A stretch of 64,000 nt of DNA from NCBI GenBank assembly GCA_963575745.1, contig CAUYUJ010000006.1, positions 1 to 64,000 of the forward strand, in the 5' to 3' direction. The position numbers and the translations under genes were made by a program. The stretch's first letter is position 1. Every line of letters begins with the position of its first letter. Of the stretch, positions 35,372-46,485 are shown piece after piece. The DNA is from Prorocentrum cordatum (taxonomy: Eukaryota). The notes under the pieces were generated by a model, which saw only the letters and a program-made list of their open reading frames with translations, did no database searches and was not told where the DNA came from.

Positions 35372-37619
35372 TTCAACAATTCGTTTCAGCGAGCTGGTGA
35401 GCACAGCTAATCGATTCAGAATGAACAGGCGCGTTTGCCTGTTCGACGCAGAGGGAACTCAGTCTGCTAGCCGAGCTAGAGCCGCAAACCTATTCGTATT
35501 ATTCGAGTTATCTTGACAGACGCTCTCGGTTTTCTCAAGATAACTCGAGCTTCAGCGCAGCGCAGTTAATCGATCCAGAATGATCAGGCACGTTCGCCTG
35601 TTGAATCTAGAGCTCTGAACTCGGTTTGCTGCCTGATCTGGAATCGCAAAACTATTCGTATTGTTCGAGTCATCTTGAGGATTCTGTCGGTTCTCTGCCG
35701 TTCACTCGGGCTGTGGGGGGCTGCATGGCTGGTAATCACTGGAATCGATTCGAAGACATCAGGTGCGTCCACCTTTCGAATCCAGATTTCCGAACTCTAT
35801 CTGCTGCCCGACCTAGGTCCGCGAAACTATTCATATTGTTCGAGTCATCCTGAGAGATGCTGTCGGTTGCTTAGCTCGGGCTGTAGGGGGGATGCATGGC
35901 TAAATCACAGGAATCGATTCGGAGACATCAGACGCGTTCGCCTGTCGCATGCAGAGGTCTGAGCTTGGTCTGATACTCGAGCTAGGTTTGCCAAACTATT
36001 CGTATTGTTTGAGTCATCTTGAGAGGTGCTGTCGATTTACGCACGTAACTCGGGCTGTAGGAGAGCTAGAGAGCTCGTACAGAAGACAATCCAGAAGCAT
36101 CGGCGGCGTTCGGCTGTTACATCGGAGAGGTCTGAGAATTCTTGGGCTGAAGCAGTATTTTTTCAGTGTATTTTTTCCAACATTACATGTTGTCAGGAAG
36201 CTCTACGAGTCCCCCGGCGGTAACGAAGGTTGACGGTTTACCGCCGGCGCCCAGTTCCGGGGCGCTGGAGAGCTAGTTGGCAAGAAAAATCTCGACGGAC
36301 CTTTTGCAGACTTTTGGTCGGTTGAAAATTTTGTTCTCGAAATTCAACAATTCGTTTGAGCTCTAGTATTTTTTCTGACCATATTCGATCTTATTCCCGC
36401 TCGCCATCTTAATCTTAGCTCGATCGGGTAAATATTTCTGCAAAAAAGCATCGCGGCGGGATCGGTTGTTTCGAGTCATCTTGATACGCGTTGTCAGTAT
36501 TTTGTACTTTACTCGAGCTGTAGGGCAGCTACAGAGCTCATTATCACAGCAATCGATTGCGAACCATCAGACGCATTCGTCTCTTTTATCTAGAGTCTGA
36601 ACTCGGTCTGCTGCCCGAGCTAGGTTCGCGAAACTATTCGTATTGTTCGAATCATCTTGAGAGGTGCTGATAATTTTCTGCACTTACCTCGGGCTGTAGG
36701 GGGGCTAGAGGGCTCGTACTCACAGGAATCGATTCCGAGACATCAAGCGCCTCCGCCTGGCGAATCCAGAGCTCAGAACTCGGTGTGTTGCCCGAGCTAG
36801 GTTCGCAAACTATTCGTATTTGTCGAGTCATCTTGAGATGTGCTGTCCGTTTTCTGCACTTAACTCGAGCTGTAAGGGGGTTGCAGGGCTGGTACTCACT
36901 GGAATCGATTCGGAGACATCAGTCGCGTCTATATGTCGCATTTAGAGCCCTGCACTCAGCCTGCTGCCCGAGCTAGGTCCGCGAAACTATTCGTATTGTT
37001 CGAGTGATCTTCAGATGTGCTGCCGATTTCCTGCACTTAACTCGGGCTGTAAGGGGGCCGCAGGGCTGGTAATCACAGGGATTGATTCGGAGACATCAGA
37101 CGCGTCCGCCTGTCGCATGCAGAGGTCTGAACCATACTATTCGTTTCCTTCGAGTCATCTTGGGAGGTGCTGTCGATTTTCGCACGTAACTCGGGCTGTA
37201 GAGGAGCTACGGAGCTCGTGTGCACAGAAAACGATGAGAAGCATGAGGGGCGTTTGGCTGTTGCGTTGAGAGGCCTGAATCGTTTAGGCTGAAAAATATT
37301 CGTTCTCTGCATTTTTTTCGACATCATATATGCTCAGGAAGCTCTACGAGTCTCCCGGCGGTAACCAAGGTTGACGGTTTACCGCCGGCGTCCAGTCGGA
37401 GGCCCCGCCAGGAATGCTTTCTGGCGTGTGTTTCCTTTGCTCTCCGGACTTTGGACGCCAGGAAGGCTTTTCAGTGCGTGTCCTCTTTGCTCTCCGGGGT
37501 TTCGACGCTACCAAGAGGACGCTACCAAGTCATCTTGAGAGGTGCTTCGGTTTTGCACTTAACTCGGGCTGTAGCTCCGCGGAGCAGGGCTCCGCCGAGC
37601 TCGGCGCCGCAGACCCGCG

Positions 37620-39830
37620 AGGAACCCGACTCCCGTGGGGTTGTCGTGGAGCGCCCGAGCGGCACCGCCTCCACGGTGCTGCAGGCAGAGTGGGACCCCT
37701 GAAGCAATGCCCACCGCCTCGCGGAAGCACGTCACTTCTCGCCGTAGCGCAGGGCCATGTAGATCTGCCTGTGATGCTCGCAAATGCAGTCTGTCGCACT
37801 CCCTTCACTGGGAAGCGGAAGGTCCGAAGCCCGGCCATCCTCCACCAACGGCACGGTCGGATCGCCGCGCGCGGCGTCTCGACAGCCCTCGGACCCTAGT
37901 GGGCGCATCTTGCCCTTGATCATGAGCCCCACCTTCACCGCCTCGCAGGGGTTGTCCTCGGCGTCTACCTCGGACTCGGACTCCTGGTCAAGCAACCTTG
38001 CCACCGACCCCTGCACGCCCGGCTCCGCATCGCCAGTCCTGTGACGGCGGCGTCGCCGGCGGCAGAGGCACGCCCCGCAACGCGAGAGCCACGAGAGGAT
38101 GTACAGCGGCAGCTTGTAGGCGAGGCCCAACCACCTTCAGAGACAGACGAAAATCGGACAGGGCGTGAACCTCGAATAGTCGCCGAGATCCACGATGTCT
38201 TCGTTGTCAAGAGCGGCGTACTCCTGCAGTGCAGCTCGTTCTCGCGCCCCTTGCACCCGGTACAGCTGGTGGAACGGCACAGGTGAAGCCAGCGCGGATC
38301 TCGCTGCTCCAGCTCGCGCCTAAAGCCCTTTTCGCTCGCACCCTTCACAGAGTCATACTGAACCCACAATCCTTGGCGATTGATGCGCTCCGGGGACTTC
38401 ATGTTAAGCTTGAGCCGCGCGACCCGGTAGTCGACCCTAATGATGAGGTCATTCTGGCCGCGCTTGGAGCCCCTGTCCTCCTTGATGCTCTTGCGGTACC
38501 AGTCGGTCGTCGGATCGCCTGCAGCTGGGCCGTGCCGCACCACGTCGGTGAGGGGCGGTGCCGCCGACGGGGCCAGCTTATCAAGCTTAGCCTCGCCAGG
38601 CGTCTTGCGCCTCGGGCAAGGGGCAGCACGCCAGCACCAGGCCGCATGTCCAGGCTGCCCAGCTGCAGGGTGCGAAGAGTGTCCTCAGGCTGTGGGCCAG
38701 GAGTGCGACCGGGCCAGTGCCGGAGAGGATCGCCACGAGCCCGGCGATCAGCGGCCACGCGGAGCCGAACAGGTAGAGGCCCACCTGGTCGGCCATGTAC
38801 AGCACCCAGCCGCCATCGGAGCTCAGCCAACCTCCTGCCTCGCGAGTCGAGAAGGCTGACCTGGAACTCACCGCAGCCCGAATGGCACCTCCCCCCATCC
38901 CCTCGGCGAACCAATGCGTGCGGTTACCGATGTCCTTCCAGCGGATGCCGAAGAGACCCCAACCCCTGATCCGGGACGTCGGGTCCGAGTCGGGGGGGTC
39001 GGGGCAGTGCGGGTTGGACCTTGGGGAGGTGGGTCGGCCGGCGGCCCGGAGCGCTCGCGCGGCGGACCTCCTCCGGCACCTCCTGCGGGAGCTGCGTGCT
39101 CGCCTGCTGGGTGCGCTCCGATCGGCGGCGTGTCCACGGAGGTGGGGGCAAGGTGCCGTCGAGCCAGAACGCCCGCGTGTCCACGTCCTCGTCGTAGTAC
39201 GCGGACTCGGCGTCGTGATCGGCGTCGGCGGCCTTGGCCGCCACCACGAGGGTCAGCAGCAGGGCTGCCGCGCGCCCGCAGCGCCAGCCGGCTGGCGGCG
39301 GCGCCGGGGCCTTGGGGCAGCGCCTCCAGGTGGGCCCCGGCGCGCGCGCGCGCTCTGCCGCCCTTGCCTGGCACCGAGCCGGCGCCGGCGCGGGCTCGCG
39401 CGTGGCCGCTGGCTCGGCGGGGGGGGTCGGCGGCCTCGCCTCGGCGGATGCCGCCTCGCCTCCGGGTGCTCCGCGGCTGGCGTGAGCCGGCGCCGCTCGG
39501 CGCCCGGGCCCCCCGCCGCTGCGCAGCTGCGCGCCCGCGGGCGGCGTCGCCGCCGCCCCCCAGCCGCGCGGCGCCAGGCGCGGCATCATGCGGCCGCGGG
39601 CGCCCCTGCCAGCCCTGGACCCAGGACCTGGAGGTCTCCTGGCCCCTCCCGGGGCCCGGCCTCAGGCCAACTGAGGCCGTCCCCCAGCTTGGCCTTGAAA
39701 AGGCTTGAGCCGCCAAGCGGCGGTGAATAGAGAGGGAGAGAGAAAGGGCAAGCGAGAGGCAAGGGCAGGAGCAAGGGAACCGCAAGTGGAAGCCCGCGCC
39801 AGTTCTGGGAGCGGGGAGATCCATCAGTTT
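37620..39830 (-). pseudogene. GC-rich degenerate coding-like segment, probably a retroelement ORF1/gag-like remnant
   Basis: Frameshifted protein-like pieces on the minus strand: hydrophobic segment DQVGLYLFGSAWPLIAGLVAIL and Cys/His cluster WLHLCRSTSCTGC..ELHC. No catalytic motif recognised. Confidence 0.3.
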
Positions 39831-39844
39831 TACCAAACATCCTA

Positions 39845-42800
39845 AATACTTCAGAATGGCGCTCCTGATGATTTCCTTCCGGTTGCTGTGCCGAGGCGAA
39901 GAGCTCTTTAGCTCATATATGGCTCGAGTTAAGTTAAGAAAACCAGCACCTCTTCAAACATTAGCAGAGTATGAGTAGTTGTTCTGTCTCAGCTCTGGTA
40001 GCAGACCGATCTCAGCCATGTAGATGCTTCAGATTTAGCGCGCACTATGATTTCCGTCCGGTTACTGTGCCGAACAGCTGTAGGTCATCCACCGCTCGCG
40101 TTAAGTCAATAAAACCGACAGCACCTGCCAAGATAACACTTAGCGCCCGATCCCACCCACATGCTTTTTAATAGTAATATTCACCCGATCGACCTGAGAT
40201 TGAGATGTCGAGCGGAAATAAGATCGAATATGGGCAGAAAAACATTAGAAGTCTAACCAATGACTTGTAGAGCGCCCCTAAAAGCGAAGCGGCGAAGCTG
40301 GAAAGCGAAGCGGCGAAGCGGCAAAAGCTTGACGGAGGTTTGGTTTATTTTCATCAGTTTTTGAAACTCAGCAATTCGCTAGAGCTCTAATTTTTTCTAG
40401 CCATCTTCGGTCATTCTGGCTTTCCATCTTGATCTCAGGTCGATCTGGTAGATATTACTATAAAAGCACTCAGGCGGGATTGGCTGTTGAGTGTAATCCT
40501 GGCAGGTGCTGTCGGTTTTTCTCACTTAGCTGGAGCTGCAGATGAGCTGCAGAGCTCTTCGGCACAGCAATCGAAAGGGCATCATCAGGAACGTTATTTT
40601 TCATTATCTAGATGTCCGAATTCGGTCTGCTACCAGAGCTGGGGCCAATGACTCTTTGCGCACTCTGCTAATTTCTCGAAGAGATGATGATGATTGCCTA
40701 ACCCAACTCGAGCTGCAGATGAGCTACAGTGCTGCCCGGCACAGAAACCGCAAGATAATCCTTAGGAGCGCTAGTCTCACGTATCTAGATGCCCGAACTC
40801 GGTCTGCTGCCAGAGCTGGTCCTGCTAATTATTTCAGAGAAAATGCTAATTCTCTTAGCTTGAATCGAGCTGCGAATGAGCTACATAGCTGTTCGGCTCA
40901 GCAATGGGAAGAAAGTCATCAGGGGCGCTAGTATCAAGTATCCAGATGCCTGAACTCGGTCTGCTTTTAGAGCTGGAACCAAAAACTATTCGCTCTCTGC
41001 TTATTGTTGTAAAAGATCATCATCGTTTTCTTTTTTTTTATTCGGGCTCTTACTCCTCCACGCACTCTTCTCTTTCACGTCCTCTTCCATATAACCGCAC
41101 CTCGTGTGCACGAAATTCGAGACTGCTCTCGCATGCGATTCATGTATACCGCAAGAAAGCTGTGCGAGTTCCGGGCGGTAACCAAGGTTGATGGCGGTGC
41201 TTGACATTCTACTCAAGTGGTGCTCAACGGTTGATGGAACAACGCTTGCAGAGCCACATTCGGAACCTTTGTGTAACCTTTTGGCCTTAACTGTGGCCTT
41301 AACTGGCGCCTGGCGCTGTTCAAGACTTCAACTTTAACTTTCACTCTGCTTCGCCTGTGATATACAACGTAAACATGAACTAGTCGGCCTCCACGGTTTC
41401 TTCGTTGGATGGCGGTCTGTGGAAGCATATGCTGCTGATCGGCTGTTGCTTTGATCAATGCAGTAAAACGGCATTGTATGGCCGTGGAACACGTTTTGGG
41501 TAGCGTTTCAACCAGCTCTTACACCATTCTCTAACCTGTTCCAACACCTTTGCATTCTCACATGTTGTGTTGCATCCTTTTCCTTGTACCTGCATCCTAT
41601 TCCGATGCCTATGCCTCAGTGGCTCGGCAGTGTAATCATAAGAGGTGCCTTCTCTAGCTACCCTGTGCTCCGTTTGGGAGTCTTAGGGCTCAGCTGTCAC
41701 AGCTGTCCGCGCCCTGACTCAAACTCAAAAACCAAGGTTGACGGTTTACCGCCGGCTCCCAGTTGTTGTATTTCGAGAAATTGATTTTTTACCGACCGAA
41801 ATGATGCAAAACATCCGTCGGGATTTTTCGGTCCAACTAGCCCGCCAGCGCGCCAGAACTGGACAACGGCGGTAAACCGTCAACCTTGGTTACGGCCGGG
41901 AACTCGTTGAGCTTCCTTGCGATGCGAATGAATGGTATGCAAACGCGGCAATCTTGCATTCCGCTCGCGTGAGGGTGCAGTTTTATAGAAATGTGTTTCG
42001 CAGCTCCTTGCTTGTCCAGAGCTCGAGTTCGTCTCGATGCTGCAGACTAGCGCTGGTGATCATTCCCATTCGAACAGTCTGCTACCGAGCGCTGTAGCTT
42101 CCCTACAGCTCGAATGAAGTAGAGGAAACCGACACTGCATATCTAGAGTTTGAACAGCGCAAATAGTTTTTGAGTTGCAGTTCTGGTAGCAGACCGATCC
42201 GCCGTCTAAATGCTTGCAACTAGCGCTTTTTCAGCATTTCCTGTCGAGTGGTGTATACCTGAGCTCCGTGTCTAGCCTACAGCTCGAATCGAACACAGAA
42301 AACACATAATCTCTCGCCAAACAATTGCAGAGTGCAAGTAGCTGTTCAGTTGTAGCTTGGTAGCAGACCAATTCCAGACGTCTCGATACTGTAGGCGACT
42401 GTTTCTGATGATGTCCTGTTAAGCGGTGTGCTTCCCAGCTCCCTACCTTGCCTATAACTCGAACTGAATCAGAAGTATTACGCCGTCTCCAAACAAATGA
42501 AAGGTTGCAAAACATATTTGATTGAAGTTCCGGTGGCAGACCGATCTCAGGCGTCTAGATACTTTGCGCAGGTGCTTCTTGGCATTCTCTGTCGATTAGG
42601 TTGCATCTCAGCTTCGTGGCTGGCCTACATCTCGAATTCAATTGGGGCACATCATCTCTCGTAACATCTTTCCAGTGCGAACAGTTTTTCACTTGCAGCT
42701 GCGATTGCAGGCCGAATTCAGACGTCTCGATACCCCAGGCGAGTGTGCTTGATGATTTTCTGTTTCGACAAGTGCTTCTCAGCTCCATAGCCAGCCTACA

Positions 42801-44098
42801 GCTCGAATGAAGTAGAGAAAACCCACATCATTTCTTAAGTAATTAGCGGAGTACGAATAGTTGCTTGGTCCCGGCTCTGGTAGCAGACCGATCTCAGACA
42901 TCTAGACACTTGAGACTAGCGCTCCTGATGAGTCCCGTTCGATTGCTGTGCCGAGCAGCTCTGTACCTCATCTACAGCTCGAGTTCAGTTAAGAAAATTG
43001 ATATCACCTGCCAAGAGGACACAAAACAGTCGATCCCGCCTGATTGCTTTTTTTGATCGTAATATCCACCCGATCGACCTAGTATCAAGATTTCGAGCGA
43101 AAATGAGATTCAATCAAGATGGGGGAAAAGAGTAGAGCTCTGACGAATTGTTGAATTTCGAGAAGCTGATTTTGAATAGTCCACAACATGATTGGAAACC
43201 GGCGGTAAACTGTCAACCAGGTTGCCGCCGGGACCCTCGTAGAGCTCTTGAGACCGCCAAGTAGTGCTCATAATGCGACCAGAAAGCTTACTTCAATATC
43301 AGCTTACAAACTCGAAAAAGCTATTCATGTTATTCCTAGTGTTTTGATAATAATACTACAGATACGGGCCTGGGACTTGACGGGCCGACGCGCCATTACC
43401 TACTATAGGTGCAGACAATAGCTTGCGTTCTGCGAAAGTTAAACGCGTAAAACCATGATCATCTGGAATAGAGCATCCCTACGGCCGACGGTTTCTCCGC
43501 GTCTCTCGACAGTAATATTGCAGCTACGGACCAGAGAATTTCACAGACAGACGCCACTTAACGCTCCACTTTGCACAAATCCGGGTTTCCAAAACCAACT
43601 GTCAAATCTCTCATAATCTTCAAAATGCGACCCCAGGTTGACACGTTGTCCGCCGGGGCCGTGTGGGCGAACTAGCTCCACCCGCCGCCGGAATTCATTT
43701 AGCCTCATCGATGCCGAAAAGCTCTACGAGGCACCTACTAGTCATTAGCTTTGCCGCTTCGCTCTTAGGGGAGCTCTACGCGTCATTGCTCTCTAGCTTT
43801 GCGGCTTCGCTCGTAGGGGAGCTCTACGAGTAAATCTTTAAGAAATCAACCCCAGGTTGACGCATTGTCCGTCAAGGCTGGGTGGGCGAAATAGCTCCAC
43901 CCCGCGCCAGAATTCTTTTAGCTCATCGATGCCGAAGTGCTCTACAAGGTACTATCAAGTCACTTGGACCAACTTTGTATGAGACCGAGAAAGTCAATTT
44001 TCGAGTCTTCGAGCTGGTGTTGAAGTAAGCTTTCTCGTCGTATTCTCAGACTTAGCGTGTCAGGAGCTCGACGAGGGTCCCGGCGGTAACCTGGTTGA
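39845..44098. mobile_element. Older, diverged A/B-like elements in both orientations
   Basis: Reverse 3' ends at about 41860-41915 and 43200-43247. Reverse B 5' ends at about 43733 and 43951. Forward A-like body at 40261-41191. Variant 5' motif TGACTTGTAGAGC...GCGAAGCGGC at 40261, with reverse copies at 43750-43832. Confidence 0.65.
41192..41729 (+). mobile_element. 538-bp retro-insertion in the 3' hairpin loop of an A-like element, 12-bp TSD
   Basis: AACCAAGGTTGA at 41180-41191 and 41730-41741. 3' stem-loop followed by CTCAAACTCAAA. Confidence 0.8.
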
Positions 44099-45667
44099 GC
44101 AGAGTTTACCTCCTGCTCAGCCAGGCCTCACCGCTGGGGCCCCCCCTCGTCTCGAGCTGCATTGCGCAGTATGGTGTCTTTGGTTCCTCATGCTCTACAC
44201 GGTGCTCTCACTATGAGAGGCGACGGCGGCGCCGCGATGGCTGCTTCTCTCGTGGAGGCAGCGGTCCGCGCTGCTGTTCAGGCAGGTGCCCCGCGCAGGA
44301 CAGTCGCAGCCGCCGCGGCTGCCGTGGCCTCGGTCATGGTGGCGACGCGGTGTGGCGTTGGTCCGGCGCAGGGCGCCCCTGATTCCGCTTCCGCCGGATC
44401 GGCCGGATCCCGGCGGCAGCGGAGGAGGCTGAAGAAGAAAACTATGATGTGCAGATCGGGGCAGGATGCTGTCCTTGGGGAGCCTGTTGGGCAGACCCTA
44501 AGGCTCAGGATTTTGATCATGAGATATCTTGTTATCACAGGTCCAGTGTTCACCATGGGGCTTTTGATTTTCATGTTGGGAGCTCTTTATGTAGGCGAGT
44601 CCAGTTTGATGATCGGTCTTCAGTGGTTTCTTATGAGATACCCTTTCAAGCGAGGCTGAGTCCCATATCGAGGAGGCTGAAGAAGAAAACTATGAGCTGC
44701 AGGTCGGGGCAGGATGCTGTCCTTGGGGGGCCTGTAGGGCAGACCCTAAAGACTCAGGGTGTTGATCATGAGGTATCGCACGTGGGTTCGCGCGTTCTTG
44801 CTCCTGCCCAGACGGCAGCTGATGTGAATATGTCGGAGGTGGAGAAGGATAACGAGGATCACATGTCTGTTGTTTTTGCTCCTGTTAAGACGGCAGCTGA
44901 TGTCAAGATGTCGGAGGTGGAGAAAGATAACGAGGATGTGGTGAATCGCGGAGGAGGAAGCTCATTGGACTCAGTGGATATATTTGCGGAGTTGGGAAAG
45001 ATGCAGCAGATGGTGTCCACGAGCGTCTCTTCAGCGGCACGCGATGCGGCGTAGGGCGCTCGCAAAGATATTAAAGCAGACATTCAACATTGAGTTTTTC
45101 ATAACTGATAATTGATAATTCATTGCATGAGGTCTTACTTTTTTTGCCTCGAGTGGATTGCAGAACTCATTGTGTATCTTTGAATGCATGCAAGTTCGAG
45201 GATGACAAGATAACGTTTCAACATTGAGTCATTGATAACTGATAAGTGGTAATGCATTCCATGAGGTCTTACTTTTCTCCGGCTCGAGTGGAGTGCAGAA
45301 TTCATTTTGTATCCTGAGAAGACTCGTTTGGAGTGCCGTACTTCCTTTTTGTATCCGCATGTCTCAGCCACCCTGGCTCGGCAATCTCGGTACTACTGCT
45401 CACTTTTCGGCCTCGTTTGGAGTGCTTGACGTTGCGTGACTGCGTGGCGGGGCCCCTGTTAGTGGGGCCGCAGGCGTTCGAATCCGACGTGCCTAAGCCA
45501 CGCTGGCTCGGCACGTGTCATTCTACATGCCTCCAAGAAGGTCCTCGCCCGCGTCCTTGTTTTGTACTCTTGTACAGCTCAACGAGTGTCGCAGTTTTTC
45601 TTGGCTTCTTGTGAGCCCGCTCGCTGCCCGATGAGGACCTGATTAGCGAGGCCGCAAACCGCAAAAA
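44099..45667 (+). mobile_element. 1.57-kb non-autonomous retro-insertion in the 3' hairpin loop, 11-bp TSD
   Basis: AACCTGGTTGA at 44088-44098 and 45668-45678. Tail CGCAAACCGCAAAAA. Contains an Ala/Arg-rich ORF-like start (MAASLVEAAVRAAVQAGAPRRTVAAAAAAVAS) and no RT motifs. Confidence 0.75.
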
Positions 45668-46485
45668 AACCTGGTTGACGGTTGAGGTCGCGTCCAAACG
45701 ACCCTTCGAGAGAGTTGTTAGTTCGGTAGTTCGGACACGAACTGAATCCAGTATTGGGGCGCAGCCCAGAACTCTGGACTGAACAAATCTTCCGTGCGTT
45801 GTTAGTTCGAGATTTCGGGGCCGAACCCACATGCCTCGTGGAGCTCTTCCGCATCGATGAGCCAGAGGAATTCCGGCGCGGGGTGGAGCTAGTTGGCCCA
45901 CCCGGCCTGGGCGGACAATTTGTCAATCTGGGGTCGGTTTACCTCGTGGAGCTTTTCGGCGTCGATGAGTTAGAGGAATTCCGGCGCCGGGACGCGAGTA
46001 GCTCGTAGAGCTCTTCGGCATCGATGAGCTAGAGGAACTCTGGCGCAGGGTGGAGCTAGTTGGCCCACCCGGCTCGGACGGACAATGTGGGAACCTTGGA
46101 TTGTTTTTTTTTCGGGAGATCGTGAGAGATTTGACAATTCTTTTTGTGGGCCCCGATTTTATTCCCTATACGCGATCATGGCACGTTTCGTGGTAAATTC
46201 TTAGGGCTGTAGCTTCAGTGCAGCTCTCGACAATTCGGGGGGACCATCGGCCGTCATAATGTTTTTTGTAGATGATAGTTATTTCGTGAACATAACTGAA
46301 GAAGTTACCGCCGGGACCATCGTAGAGTTCTCAACGCGCAATACGTGTTCATTTTATGAGAAGTTCCTCGAAACTCAGCTTAATAACTCGCTTTTTTTCC
46401 CAACCATCCTGTGGTGTTGGGTCCTCGTTTTGAAGAAACGGTCCCCGCGTTCCTTCTTCCTCCTTCTCCTCGCCCTCCTCCCTCC

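Larger units (their letters stand above)
1..37600 (+). mobile_element. Co-oriented nested cluster of non-autonomous Helitron2/Helentron-like elements (families A-D)
   Basis: By manual count, about 21 family-A 3' ends (GGAAGCTCTACGAGTCCCCCGGCGGTAAGAAAGGTTGACGGTTTACCGCCGGCGCCCAG) and about 17 family-B 3' ends (GAGCTCTACGAGGTTCCCGGCGGTGACCAGGTTGACGGTTCACCGCCGGCGCCAG), all on +. The 5' ends TAACTCGTAGAGCTTCC and TACCTCGTAGAGCTC are inverted copies of the subterminal 3' motifs. Hosts rejoin without TSD. Confidence 0.8.

Noticed and set aside
125..37327. Many 60-160 aa ORFs in families A-D
   Set aside because: Recurrent repeat translations with variable stops and frameshifts and no HUH or helicase motifs.
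1..37600. CRISPR-like array of conserved hairpin repeats with variable spacers
   Set aside because: The intervening DNA is hundreds of bp of repeated element body, not unique spacers, and no cas genes are present.
1..37600. HeT-A/TART-like array of 5'-truncated retroelements
   Set aside because: Several apparent truncations are matched by upstream halves that rejoin exactly. The 5' ends are conserved and there are no poly(A) tails.
44099..44200. HDV-like ribozyme at the 5' end of the insert
   Set aside because: Only a CCCTCG loop-like motif is visible and the nested pseudoknot could not be assigned; a covariance search is needed.
45440..45520. tRNA or tRNA-derived SINE suggested by GTTCGAATCC
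   Set aside because: I could not build a cloverleaf, T-stem or A-box around it.
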